Below are positions 53,175-61,414 of a stretch of 64,000 nt of DNA, one piece after another; the stretch's first letter is position 1; each line of letters starts with the position of its first letter. Origin of the DNA: Lysobacter sp. GTDB taxonomy: Bacteria; Pseudomonadota; Gammaproteobacteria; Xanthomonadales; Xanthomonadaceae. The notes under the pieces are model-generated. The model worked only from the letters and a program-made list of their open reading frames with translations. It had not been told where the DNA came from and did not search any database. The position numbers and the translations under genes were made by a program. The stretch spans positions 833 to 64,832 of the forward strand of contig DAIRVA010000001.1 of assembly GCA_036803045.1 (NCBI GenBank), given 5' to 3'.

Positions 53175-54185
53175 ATGCCCAAGACCCAAACAATCGTGCT
53201 TGCCGCCGCCCTCGCCTTTGTGCCCGCCATCGCCGGCGCCCACACCATCGTCATCTCCAATGACGACGGCCTGACCAGCAACACCGTGGCGCTGTACCAG
53301 GCATTGAAATCCGCCGGCCACGACGTGGTGGTGTCCGTTCCCTGCCAGAACCAGAGCGGGATGGGCACCGCGCTGCGGATCGACATCCCGTCCGCAACGC
53401 TGGCCGGCGCCTGCCGCAGCGGCGTGGCGAGCGCCGGCATGCCTTCCGCCGGACCGATGCAGCGCGCCGGGATCGACCCCAGGGATTTCTACTATGTCGA
53501 TGGCACCCCGGTCATGGCGATGCTTTACGGCGTGGACGTGGTGGGCCAGAAGCGCTGGGGACGCGCGCCGGACCTGGTGCTTTCGGGCCCCAACGAAGGG
53601 CAGAACGTGGGCTCGGTGATCCTCAATTCGGGCACGGTCAGCGTGACCCAGGTGGCGATGATGAACGGCATCCCGGCCATCGCGATCAGCGCCGGCGCGA
53701 GCACCGCGGACGACGCCACCCTGGCCAATCCCGCCTCCCCCGTCATCGCCAAGCGTGCGGTTGAATTGATCGACAGCCTGTTCGCCCGCGCCGAAGGCGG
53801 CAGCGTGCTGCCGGCCGGCGTCGGCCTCAACGTCAATTTCCCCGACAAGCTCGACCACCTGCAATGGCGCGCCTCGCGCATCGGCACCTACAACGCCTAC
53901 ATGTTCCGCTATGTCGAGGACATGGCCGCCACCCGTTCGCCCTTGCTGGAAGCCATGGCCAGGGAACACGGCATGACCTTGCCGAAGGGGCCGGGCCTGT
54001 CGGTGACGATGAACGACAGCAAGCCCACCGCCGAGCAGCAGGACGACGAATCCATCGTCTACCGCACCGCGATCGCCGTCAGCCCGATGCAGGCCGGCTA
54101 CAGCGCGCCCACGCTGGAAAGCCTGTCGCAATGGCTGGTCAACGGGCTTCCTGCCGCAAATGGCGTCAGAGAACAGAAACCCTAA
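53175..54185 (+). CDS. Secreted SurE-family nucleotidase/acid phosphatase
   Basis: Signal peptide; SNDDG, NQSGMG, DGTP, SGPNEGQN, SGT, LNVNFP. Confidence 0.88.
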   Translation: MPKTQTIVLAAALAFVPAIAGAHTIVISNDDGLTSNTVALYQALKSAGHDVVVSVPCQNQSGMGTALRIDIPSATLAGACRSGVASAGMPSAGPMQRAGIDPRDFYYVDGTPVMAMLYGVDVVGQKRWGRAPDLVLSGPNEGQNVGSVILNSGTVSVTQVAMMNGIPAIAISAGASTADDATLANPASPVIAKRAVELIDSLFARAEGGSVLPAGVGLNVNFPDKLDHLQWRASRIGTYNAYMFRYVEDMAATRSPLLEAMAREHGMTLPKGPGLSVTMNDSKPTAEQQDDESIVYRTAIAVSPMQAGYSAPTLESLSQWLVNGLPAANGVREQKP

Positions 54186-54189
54186 ACCC

Positions 54190-55059
54190 GGGTCAGAGTC
54201 GACTTTTCCGATCCGAAGCCGCGCCATCCGCCGATGCCACCAGCGCTCGCGCCGGGTCAGTCTGCAACCTGTCCAGCCCGACAGGCCAGCCAATGCCCCG
54301 CCCACTCCGCATCGACCTTCCCGGCATTCCGCAGCATGTCGTCCAACGCGGCAACGACCGACAGCCCTGCTTCTTCAACGATGCCGACTACCTCTGTTAC
54401 CGCAGCGAGTTGCGCGAAATAACGCGACGCGAAGGCTGCGTCGTGCACGCCTACGTGCTGATGACGAACCACGTGCATCTACTGCTGACGCCGATGCAGC
54501 CGGGTGCCGTCGGCAGGACCATGCAGTCGCTCGGACGACGGTATGTACGCTACATCAACGCAACCCATGGCCGCACGGGAACGCTCTGGGAGGGGCGTTA
54601 CAAGGCAAGCCTGGTGGGTGATGGCGACTACCTGATGCGATGCCATCGCTATATCGAGTTGAACCCCCTACGCGCGGCCATGGTCGCCGACCCGCGCGAC
54701 TACCGCTGGTCCAGCCACCATATCCTGGCCTTCGGCGAGACCGATCCACTGATCACGCCGCATATCGACTATCTGGCACTCGGCGCCAGCCCTGTCGAGC
54801 GACAACAGTGGTACCGCGCCATGGTGATGGACAATGTCGATCCAGAGGATATCGAGGCGATCCGCCGACACCTGAGCCGGCAACACGCCTACGGCTCGGA
54901 GCGCTTCCGGCAGGCGATCGAAGCGCAGCTTGGCAGGACTGTCGGCCCGCAAAAGATCGGGCGGCCAACGAAAAGCGAAGGAAAACAGGGGTCAGAGTCG
55001 ACTTTTACAACCGACCAACCTCAACCTGCCTGACCTCTGAAAAAGTCGACTCTGACCCC
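54190..55059 (+). mobile_element. Intact RAYT-like element bounded by 18-bp perfect inverted repeats
   Basis: gggtcagagtcgactttt (54190-54207) and aaaagtcgactctgaccc (55041-55058). Confidence 0.82.
54293..55033 (+). CDS. RAYT-like HUH (Y1) tyrosine transposase, apparently intact
   Basis: MPRPLR..LPG.PQHVVQRGNDR, HUH motif MTNHVHLL, GTLWEGRYKA, catalytic Tyr in YIELNP, YRWSS, C-terminal GRP. Confidence 0.92.
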   Translation: MPRPLRIDLPGIPQHVVQRGNDRQPCFFNDADYLCYRSELREITRREGCVVHAYVLMTNHVHLLLTPMQPGAVGRTMQSLGRRYVRYINATHGRTGTLWEGRYKASLVGDGDYLMRCHRYIELNPLRAAMVADPRDYRWSSHHILAFGETDPLITPHIDYLALGASPVERQQWYRAMVMDNVDPEDIEAIRRHLSRQHAYGSERFRQAIEAQLGRTVGPQKIGRPTKSEGKQGSESTFTTDQPQPA

Positions 55060-55080
55060 GTTTTTGTGACCCCGTTTTTG
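54988..55080. repeat. 19-bp perfect inverted repeat pair plus 14-bp tandem duplication
   Basis: ggggtcagagtcgactttt (54988-55006) / aaaagtcgactctgacccc (55041-55059); tgaccccgtttttg at 55053-55066 and 55067-55080. Confidence 0.92.
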
Positions 55081-55082
55081 GC

Positions 55083-55245
55083 ACCGGCATCAGCGACGAA
55101 CTGTGCGCATCGTTGTCGCTCCACACGCGGCAGCAGAAGCCGTGGGGCGGCGAGCCCTTCGTCGAAAAATCACCGCGCTTACAGCACGGCAGTGGATCAA
55201 CGCCCGGTCGGGCGACCACGGCGGGCCGTGGAAAATTCAACCTGA
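55083..55245 (+). pseudogene. C-terminal remnant of a third RAYT-like gene
   Basis: TGISDELCASLSLHTRQQKPWGGEPF then (frameshifted) RPVGRPRRAVENST*, resembling the C-termini of the other two copies. Confidence 0.65.
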
Positions 55246-55278
55246 CTTTTTTGCTTGACTCCATTTCCCGCCTCTGAA

Positions 55279-56151
55279 TTACAGGTAGTCGGACGGAAAC
55301 AACTCACTCTCGCGCACACCTAACACGCCAACAGAGCAAAACCAGTCGCTCTCTGCCAACGCCTCATAGAGTGCCCCCTGCCATGAGTTCTTAAAAGAGC
55401 GCCGACGCCGACTAGCTTGTTGTCCTAAATGAGCACGCGTGGCATCTGCATTCCCCAACAATTCGCCGTCATCCAGATCGACGTAGACGTTGACTAGTTC
55501 TGCGCCAGCGTGATCCGCGTAGAGCGATCCTAGTTTGAAGGCACTGAAGTGACTCCGAACCATTCCATTCTTTAGTTCCGACCAACTAGGGACGTCCCGT
55601 ACAGAGAACGAAACTCCGGGGGGCTCACCGCAGACCACTTGCGCCACGAGCCAAATCTCCGAGTCTGCGCCGTCGAAATACGGATGAAGCGTTTGCTCTT
55701 CGCCGGCGTTGGGGCGCTTTTGCTTTGAATCCACGTTGCAGTCTATGCAGGCGGGCACCAGATTTAGCGGAGTCACGGCAAAAGCTGGATGGCGGGCCTT
55801 TGGCAGGTAATGATCTAAGGTGCCAACCACTCGCTGACAGCAAAGCGGGCAAATGTTTCCGGGGGCTTTCCGGAGCAACTCGTACAGATCCCTAGTTGGC
55901 CCTCCGTCACGAACAAATGTCTGCGTGTACAACTTTCCCAAGTCAGCCCCAGGGACATCACCAACAGAGCTGCTCTCCTGAAACAAGTACAGTTCAGCAG
56001 ACACTGCGCGTGACTCGTAGAGCGACTCCGACTCTCGCAATGCATCCGCAATCCCATTGAGGCGCGCTCTACTTTCGTCGCAACGAATGGTCGCGGTGCA
56101 CTTGCCGTACACGTCGCCAAGCGCAATCTGCGGCTTTTTAAGCGTTTTCAT
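55279..56151 (-). CDS. HNH endonuclease (PtuB-like)
   Basis: CPLC...TLDHYLPK..HP.FAV.PLNLVPACIDCN...LHPYFD; lower GC than the flanks. Confidence 0.88.
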   Translation of the reverse strand: MKTLKKPQIALGDVYGKCTATIRCDESRARLNGIADALRESESLYESRAVSAELYLFQESSSVGDVPGADLGKLYTQTFVRDGGPTRDLYELLRKAPGNICPLCCQRVVGTLDHYLPKARHPAFAVTPLNLVPACIDCNVDSKQKRPNAGEEQTLHPYFDGADSEIWLVAQVVCGEPPGVSFSVRDVPSWSELKNGMVRSHFSAFKLGSLYADHAGAELVNVYVDLDDGELLGNADATRAHLGQQASRRRRSFKNSWQGALYEALAESDWFCSVGVLGVRESELFPSDYL

Positions 56152-57703
56152 CCGCTGCTCTCTGTTTTCGCAGAATCATGCCTCGAGCAATCGCAGCTCC
56201 TTCGGCACCAAGGTCGCCACCGAAACGTTGCAACAGCTGCTCGAACGTGTCACTGGCCGCTGCCTCCTCGCGTAAACGACGGTGAAATCCCGAGTGCGTG
56301 ACCTCCAATCCAAATACCTCGCGACTGAGGCGACCGACGTTTTCCCCAAATGTTTGCAGCTGCGGACGCGAGACGCTCGAAACCCTTCCGCTACGCTCGA
56401 GTATGGAGACACACGCCGCTGGCACCTCCTGAAGCACAACTGGCGAGTGCGTAGCGACGATGGCGACCCCGTTGCGGGATGTAAGCAGCTCCGAGACGCT
56501 TCGTATGTATGCCGCAAGCAACGGAGGGTGTAGGTGACCCTCCGGCTCGTCCAAAAGAACGAGCGTCCGCTCGTCAACTAGCTCAACCAACTTCGTTATC
56601 GACAGCAGCACAATCTTGTGCCCCGAACTCAACTTCTTTTCGAAATATTTTTTCGCGGTCGCCGACCACGCCTCCTCAGCTAATTCCAAGAGCGACAGGG
56701 GGTCAGCGTCCGAGAATACTGGGTCGTTGTAGAGCTGAGTTACCCCCCGCGTCCATCGCTCTCGACGCAATCCGCGCCGACAGGTCGCGAAGCTCTCGAC
56801 GAATGCTTCCGCCAGTTGTTCGGGGTTTCTAGTAACCGAAGCGCCAAGCTCCTTGTCAAAGAACCTCAGGCCAACACTCGTCGCTTTCAACCGCACACGA
56901 GACTCGGGCAGCTCATGATTATCGAAGGCGCTGAAAGAGAGAGACACGAGGCCGGCAAATCCCGGCTCAACGCCGGCTGACGTCGGTTGATCTGAAAACG
57001 CCAAAGTGCCTATCGGCTCTTCGTCCGCATCTTCGGTGTAACCGAGAAGCGAACGCGCCAATCCGTGCATCAGGCGCGTCTTTCCAACGCCATTCCGTCC
57101 GATAATTACGTGGACGTTCGTAGGAGGCATGACATCCGGAACAACGTCAAATGTAGCCACGGCGTTCTCCGCCAGCTGATTGCCGGACGGCGGAAGACGG
57201 TAAGCGAAACTAAACCTTGTCAGCGACGTATCACCGGTCACTAGCCGATGAAACCGGGTGCGAACGGTGTCCGGCGTGATGAATCGCAAGAGGGAGTCGA
57301 ACACAACCGGCTCGTTCAGCACGGCGTCAAACTGCTGCAAATCCGCAGATAGATCTCGCAACCCCGACAGGATCGCGAATTTCTCCGCAGGCGCGAGTTC
57401 GGCCAGTGTCTCGTAATAGTGCTCTTGCTGCCCCAGCGAGAAATATCCCTCCGGCAGTGATTGAAATCGCGGCTCTAGCGAAGGAGCGCGAACGCCCGGA
57501 CCGACAACAGGTCCCCCCTTAAGACCTACATGCCCGATCTTTACATCGCCTAAATCGTGAAGCTCGGATCGCGCATCGAAGTAGTACGCCTGAAACTGAG
57601 TGCAAAACTTAGCCCAATCATCCCACCGATCTATCCGGAGATAGCACACCAAGCTGGCTGATTGCGGTAATGGATCCTCTCTACTGATGACAATGAACTG
57701 CAT
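56138..57703 (-). CDS. Soluble ABC-type (AAA_21-like) ATPase with N-terminal extension (PtuA-like)
   Basis: Walker A GRNGVGKT, signature LSSGH, Walker B LLDEPE, HLHP, ATHS; RBS GAGGAG; no TM; overlaps the HNH gene by 14 bp. Confidence 0.9.
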   Translation of the reverse strand: MQFIVISREDPLPQSASLVCYLRIDRWDDWAKFCTQFQAYYFDARSELHDLGDVKIGHVGLKGGPVVGPGVRAPSLEPRFQSLPEGYFSLGQQEHYYETLAELAPAEKFAILSGLRDLSADLQQFDAVLNEPVVFDSLLRFITPDTVRTRFHRLVTGDTSLTRFSFAYRLPPSGNQLAENAVATFDVVPDVMPPTNVHVIIGRNGVGKTRLMHGLARSLLGYTEDADEEPIGTLAFSDQPTSAGVEPGFAGLVSLSFSAFDNHELPESRVRLKATSVGLRFFDKELGASVTRNPEQLAEAFVESFATCRRGLRRERWTRGVTQLYNDPVFSDADPLSLLELAEEAWSATAKKYFEKKLSSGHKIVLLSITKLVELVDERTLVLLDEPEGHLHPPLLAAYIRSVSELLTSRNGVAIVATHSPVVLQEVPAACVSILERSGRVSSVSRPQLQTFGENVGRLSREVFGLEVTHSGFHRRLREEAAASDTFEQLLQRFGGDLGAEGAAIARGMILRKQRAADENA

Positions 57704-57753
57704 ACTCCTCCCCAAGGAATGTGCGACCGGGACTAGACCACTAACCGGCAAAT

Positions 57754-57779
57754 AAAAAAACGCCTGCCGAAGCAGGCGT
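57754..57779 (-). terminator. Intrinsic terminator of icmF
   Basis: Minus strand acgcctgc-TTCG-gcaggcgt followed by a T-run, just after the stop. Confidence 0.88.
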
Positions 57780-57784
57780 CTTAC

Positions 57785-60700
57785 TTACATATTCCGCCTA
57801 TACTCCCCACCCACGTCATACAACGCATGGCTTATCTGGCCGAGGCTATGCGTCTTCACCGCCTCCACCAGCGCTTCAAACACATTACGACGTTCCCGCG
57901 CCGTGCGCTGCAAGAAACCCAACCCATGCCCGTCATGCACCTCACGCGCGGCTTCGGCATCGCCATCAATCACATGCCCATGCTCGGTCTCGCCCGCCGG
58001 CGCCAGCGCGTTGCGGTTGGTCTGATACCCGCGCACGTTATCGATCTGCTGCTGCTTTTCTTCCGGCGTTGAACGAATTAATTCAATCTCGGTCACCACC
58101 TCGCCCGCGTGCTCCTTGGGCAGGAAGGTGTTCACACCGACCAGCGGCAGGCTGCCGTCGTGCTTCTTGTGCTCGTAGTACAGGCTTTCTTCCTGGATCT
58201 TGCCGCGCTGGTACATGGTGTCCATCGCGCCGAGCACGCCACCGCGCTCGCTGATCGCCTCGAACTCCTTGTACACCGCCTCTTCCACGATGTCGGTCAG
58301 CTTGTCGACGATGAAGCTGCCCTGCCAGGGGTTCTCGCAGAAGTTCAGCCCCAGCTCCTTGTTGATGATCATCTGGATCGCGACCGCGCGGCGCACGCTC
58401 TCCTCGGTCGGCGTGGTGATCGCCTCGTCGTAGGCGTTGGTGTGCAGGCTGTTGCAGTTGTCGAACAGCGCGTACAGGGCCTGCAGCGTGGTGCGGATGT
58501 CGTTGAACTGGATCTCCTGCGCGTGCAACGAACGACCCGAGGTCTGGATGTGGTACTTCATCATCTGGCTGCGGGCGCTGGCGCCGTAGCGTTCGCGCAT
58601 CGCGCGCGCCCAGATGCGGCGGGCGACGCGGCCGATGACGGTGTATTCCGGGTCCATGCCGTTGCTGAAGAAGAACGACAGGTTGGGCGCGAAGTCGTCG
58701 ATCTTCATGCCGCGCGCCAGGTAGTACTCGACGATGGTGAAGCCGTTGCTCAGCGTGAAAGCGAGCTGGCTGATCGGGTTCGCCCCGGCCTCGGCGATGT
58801 GGTAACCGCTAATGCTCACCGAGTAGAAATTGCGCACCGCGTGATCGACGAAGTACTGCTGGATGTCGCCCATCATGCGCAGGGCGAATTCGGTGCTGAA
58901 GATGCAGGTGTTCTGCGCCTGGTCTTCCTTGAGGATGTCCGCCTGCACGGTGCCTCGCACGGTCTTGAGCGTTTCGGCCTTGATGCGCGCGTAGGTCTCG
59001 GCATCGACGACTTGATCGCCGGCCACGCCCAACAGGCCCAAGCCCAGGCCATCGTTGCCCTGCGGCAGTTCGCCCGAATACGCCGGCCGCGTGCGGCCTT
59101 CAAACAGTTGGGCGATCTTCTCCTGCGCGACTTTCCAGCGCGCGTCATCGGCTTTCAGGTATTTCTCCACCTGCTGGTCGATGGCGGTGTTCATGAACAT
59201 TGCGAGGATGATCGGCGCGGGCCCATTGATGGTCATCGAGACCGACGTCGTCGGCGCGCACAGGTCGAAGCCCGAGTACAGCTTCTTCATGTCGTCCAAG
59301 GTCGGGATGTTGACGCCTGAGTTGCCGATCTTCCCAAAGATATCCGGGCGCGGTGCCGGGTCCTCGCCGTACAGGGTCACGCTGTCGAAGGCGGTGGACA
59401 GGCGCGCGGCGGGCTGGCCGACGCTCAAGTAATGGAAGCGGCGATTGGTGCGCTCCGGCGTGCCCTCGCCCGCGAACATGCGGATGGGATCCTCGCCGGT
59501 GCGACGGTAGGGATACACGCCGCCGGTGTAGGGGTAGTAGCCCGGCAGGTTTTCCTTCTGCAGGAAGGTGAGCAGCTCGCCCCAGCTCTTGTAGGTGGGC
59601 GCGGCGATCTTGGGGATCATCTGGTGGCTGAGCGATTCGCGGTAGTTCTCGACGCGAATGGTCTTGTCGCGCACCTGGTATTCGTTGACCTCGTCGGTGA
59701 TCGACTTGAGGCGCGCGGGCCACTCGCGCAGTAATTTGAGCGCCTCGGAATCGAGCGACTGCACGGCGTCGTTGTAGCGCTGGCGCAGGGTCTTGAGGCT
59801 GCGGTCGTCGCCTTCCAGCAAGGCGTCGTCGGCGTAGAGTGCGAGCTGCGCGGGCAGCTTTTCATCGCCCAGTTCCTGCAGCGCCTGCCAGAGTGATTGC
59901 GCGCGGTCGGCCACTTCCGCCTGCGATTCGATGCGTGCGTTGATGCCGCGGCCCTGTTCGGCGATTTCCGCGAGGTACCGCACTCGCGCACCCGGGATCA
60001 GCACCGTCGCACGCGGTTCTTTCAGCGAGGTGTCGATGTGCGGCGTCCACTTCTCGGCCGGCAACGAAAGCTTTTCGCGCAACAGGCGGGTCAGGTTGGC
60101 GAACATCCAACTGATGCCGGGATCGTTGAACTGGGAGGCAATCGTCGGATAGACCGGGATGTCCTCGTCCGGGGTCTGGAAGGCGACGCGGTTGCGCTTC
60201 CACTGCTTGCGTACGTCGCGCAGGGCATCTTCCGCGCCGCGCTTGTCGAACTTGTTGAGGACGACGAGTTCGGCAAAATCCAGCATGTCGATTTTTTCAA
60301 GCTGGCTGGCCGCGCCGTAATCGCTGGTCATCACGTACATCGGGAAATCGACCAAGTCCACGATCTCCGAATCGCTCTGGCCGATGCCCGCGGTCTCGAC
60401 GATGACGAGGTCGTAGCCCAGCGACTTCAGGAAACCGATCGAATCCTTCAGCACCACGTTGGTCGCGGCGTGCTGGCGGCGGGTCGCCATCGAGCGCATG
60501 AACACGCGATGCGAACGCAGGGAGTTCATGCGGATGCGGTCGCCGAGCAGCGCGCCACCGGTACGGCGGCGGGTCGGATCGACCGAGATCACCGCGATGC
60601 GCATCCCGGGAAAGCTGGCGAGGAAACGGTTCAAGAGCTCGTCGGTGACGCTGGACTTGCCTGCGCCGCCGGTACCGGTGATGCCGACCACCGGGGTGTT

Positions 60701-61294
60701 GCCGCCGGCCAGCTGCCATTCCTTGCGCAACCGAGCGAGCTGGGCCTCATCGACCAGGCCGTCCTCGATGGCGGAGAGCATGCGGCCGATCTCGATTTCG
60801 TTGTCGAAATCCACCTTGTGCGGCATGTCCACGGGCATGCGTCCGGCTTCGGCGCGCTGGACAACATCCTCGATCATCTCGACCAGGCCCATCTTCATGC
60901 CGTCGTTGGGGTGGTAGATGCGCTCCACGCCATAGTCCTGCAGCTCGCGGATTTCCTCCGGCGTGATGGTGCCGCCGCCGCCGGCGAACACGCGGATGTG
61001 GCCGGCGTCGCGCTCCTTCAGCATGTCCACCATGTACTTCAGGTATTCGACGTGGCCGCCCTGATAGCTGGACAGCGCGATGCCATCGGCGTCTTCCTGC
61101 AGCGCGGCGCGGACAACGTCCTCGACCGAACGGTTGTGGCCCAGGTGCACCACTTCCGCGCCCTGCGCCTGGATCAGCCGGCGCATGATGTTGATGGCGG
61201 CGTCGTGGCCGTCGAACAGGCTGGCGGCGGTGACGAAGCGCAGCGGGCTGCGCTCGGGGGTGGATTCGGGCAGTTGGGCGGCGGGCGTACTCAT
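57785..61294 (-). CDS. icmF: Fused isobutyryl-CoA mutase / MeaB-like GTPase (B12-dependent)
   Basis: Cobalamin-binding FDGHDA, GTPase GTGGAGKS / VETAG / NKFD, mutase [27 protein letters not shown]; ends GGEYRRNM. Confidence 0.93.
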   Translation of the reverse strand: MSTPAAQLPESTPERSPLRFVTAASLFDGHDAAINIMRRLIQAQGAEVVHLGHNRSVEDVVRAALQEDADGIALSSYQGGHVEYLKYMVDMLKERDAGHIRVFAGGGGTITPEEIRELQDYGVERIYHPNDGMKMGLVEMIEDVVQRAEAGRMPVDMPHKVDFDNEIEIGRMLSAIEDGLVDEAQLARLRKEWQLAGGNTPVVGITGTGGAGKSSVTDELLNRFLASFPGMRIAVISVDPTRRRTGGALLGDRIRMNSLRSHRVFMRSMATRRQHAATNVVLKDSIGFLKSLGYDLVIVETAGIGQSDSEIVDLVDFPMYVMTSDYGAASQLEKIDMLDFAELVVLNKFDKRGAEDALRDVRKQWKRNRVAFQTPDEDIPVYPTIASQFNDPGISWMFANLTRLLREKLSLPAEKWTPHIDTSLKEPRATVLIPGARVRYLAEIAEQGRGINARIESQAEVADRAQSLWQALQELGDEKLPAQLALYADDALLEGDDRSLKTLRQRYNDAVQSLDSEALKLLREWPARLKSITDEVNEYQVRDKTIRVENYRESLSHQMIPKIAAPTYKSWGELLTFLQKENLPGYYPYTGGVYPYRRTGEDPIRMFAGEGTPERTNRRFHYLSVGQPAARLSTAFDSVTLYGEDPAPRPDIFGKIGNSGVNIPTLDDMKKLYSGFDLCAPTTSVSMTINGPAPIILAMFMNTAIDQQVEKYLKADDARWKVAQEKIAQLFEGRTRPAYSGELPQGNDGLGLGLLGVAGDQVVDAETYARIKAETLKTVRGTVQADILKEDQAQNTCIFSTEFALRMMGDIQQYFVDHAVRNFYSVSISGYHIAEAGANPISQLAFTLSNGFTIVEYYLARGMKIDDFAPNLSFFFSNGMDPEYTVIGRVARRIWARAMRERYGASARSQMMKYHIQTSGRSLHAQEIQFNDIRTTLQALYALFDNCNSLHTNAYDEAITTPTEESVRRAVAIQMIINKELGLNFCENPWQGSFIVDKLTDIVEEAVYKEFEAISERGGVLGAMDTMYQRGKIQEESLYYEHKKHDGSLPLVGVNTFLPKEHAGEVVTEIELIRSTPEEKQQQIDNVRGYQTNRNALAPAGETEHGHVIDGDAEAAREVHDGHGLGFLQRTARERRNVFEALVEAVKTHSLGQISHALYDVGGEYRRNM

Positions 61295-61414
61295 GCGCGT
61301 CTCTTTAGCTGATGCGATCGATCCCCGATTGTAACGGGCCACGGGCAATGGACGTGGCACGGCGGGCGGATGCCGCGCGCCTCACGGAACCGGCACCGTG
61401 CCATCATCGCGCCG

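Noticed and set aside
53864..54292. Long N-terminal extension on the intact RAYT
   Set aside because: Overlaps SurE in another frame and crosses the terminal repeat; the family-typical start MPR is at 54293
54988..55080. Possible CRISPR array
   Set aside because: Repeats are inverted or directly adjacent, with no regular spacers and no cas genes
56697..56706. GGGGGTCAG inside the ATPase gene
   Set aside because: Core only, with no matching arm or inverted partner; likely chance within coding sequence
55279..57780. Retron or prophage/integrative element
   Set aside because: No reverse transcriptase, integrase, tRNA attachment site or phage genes were recognised in the window
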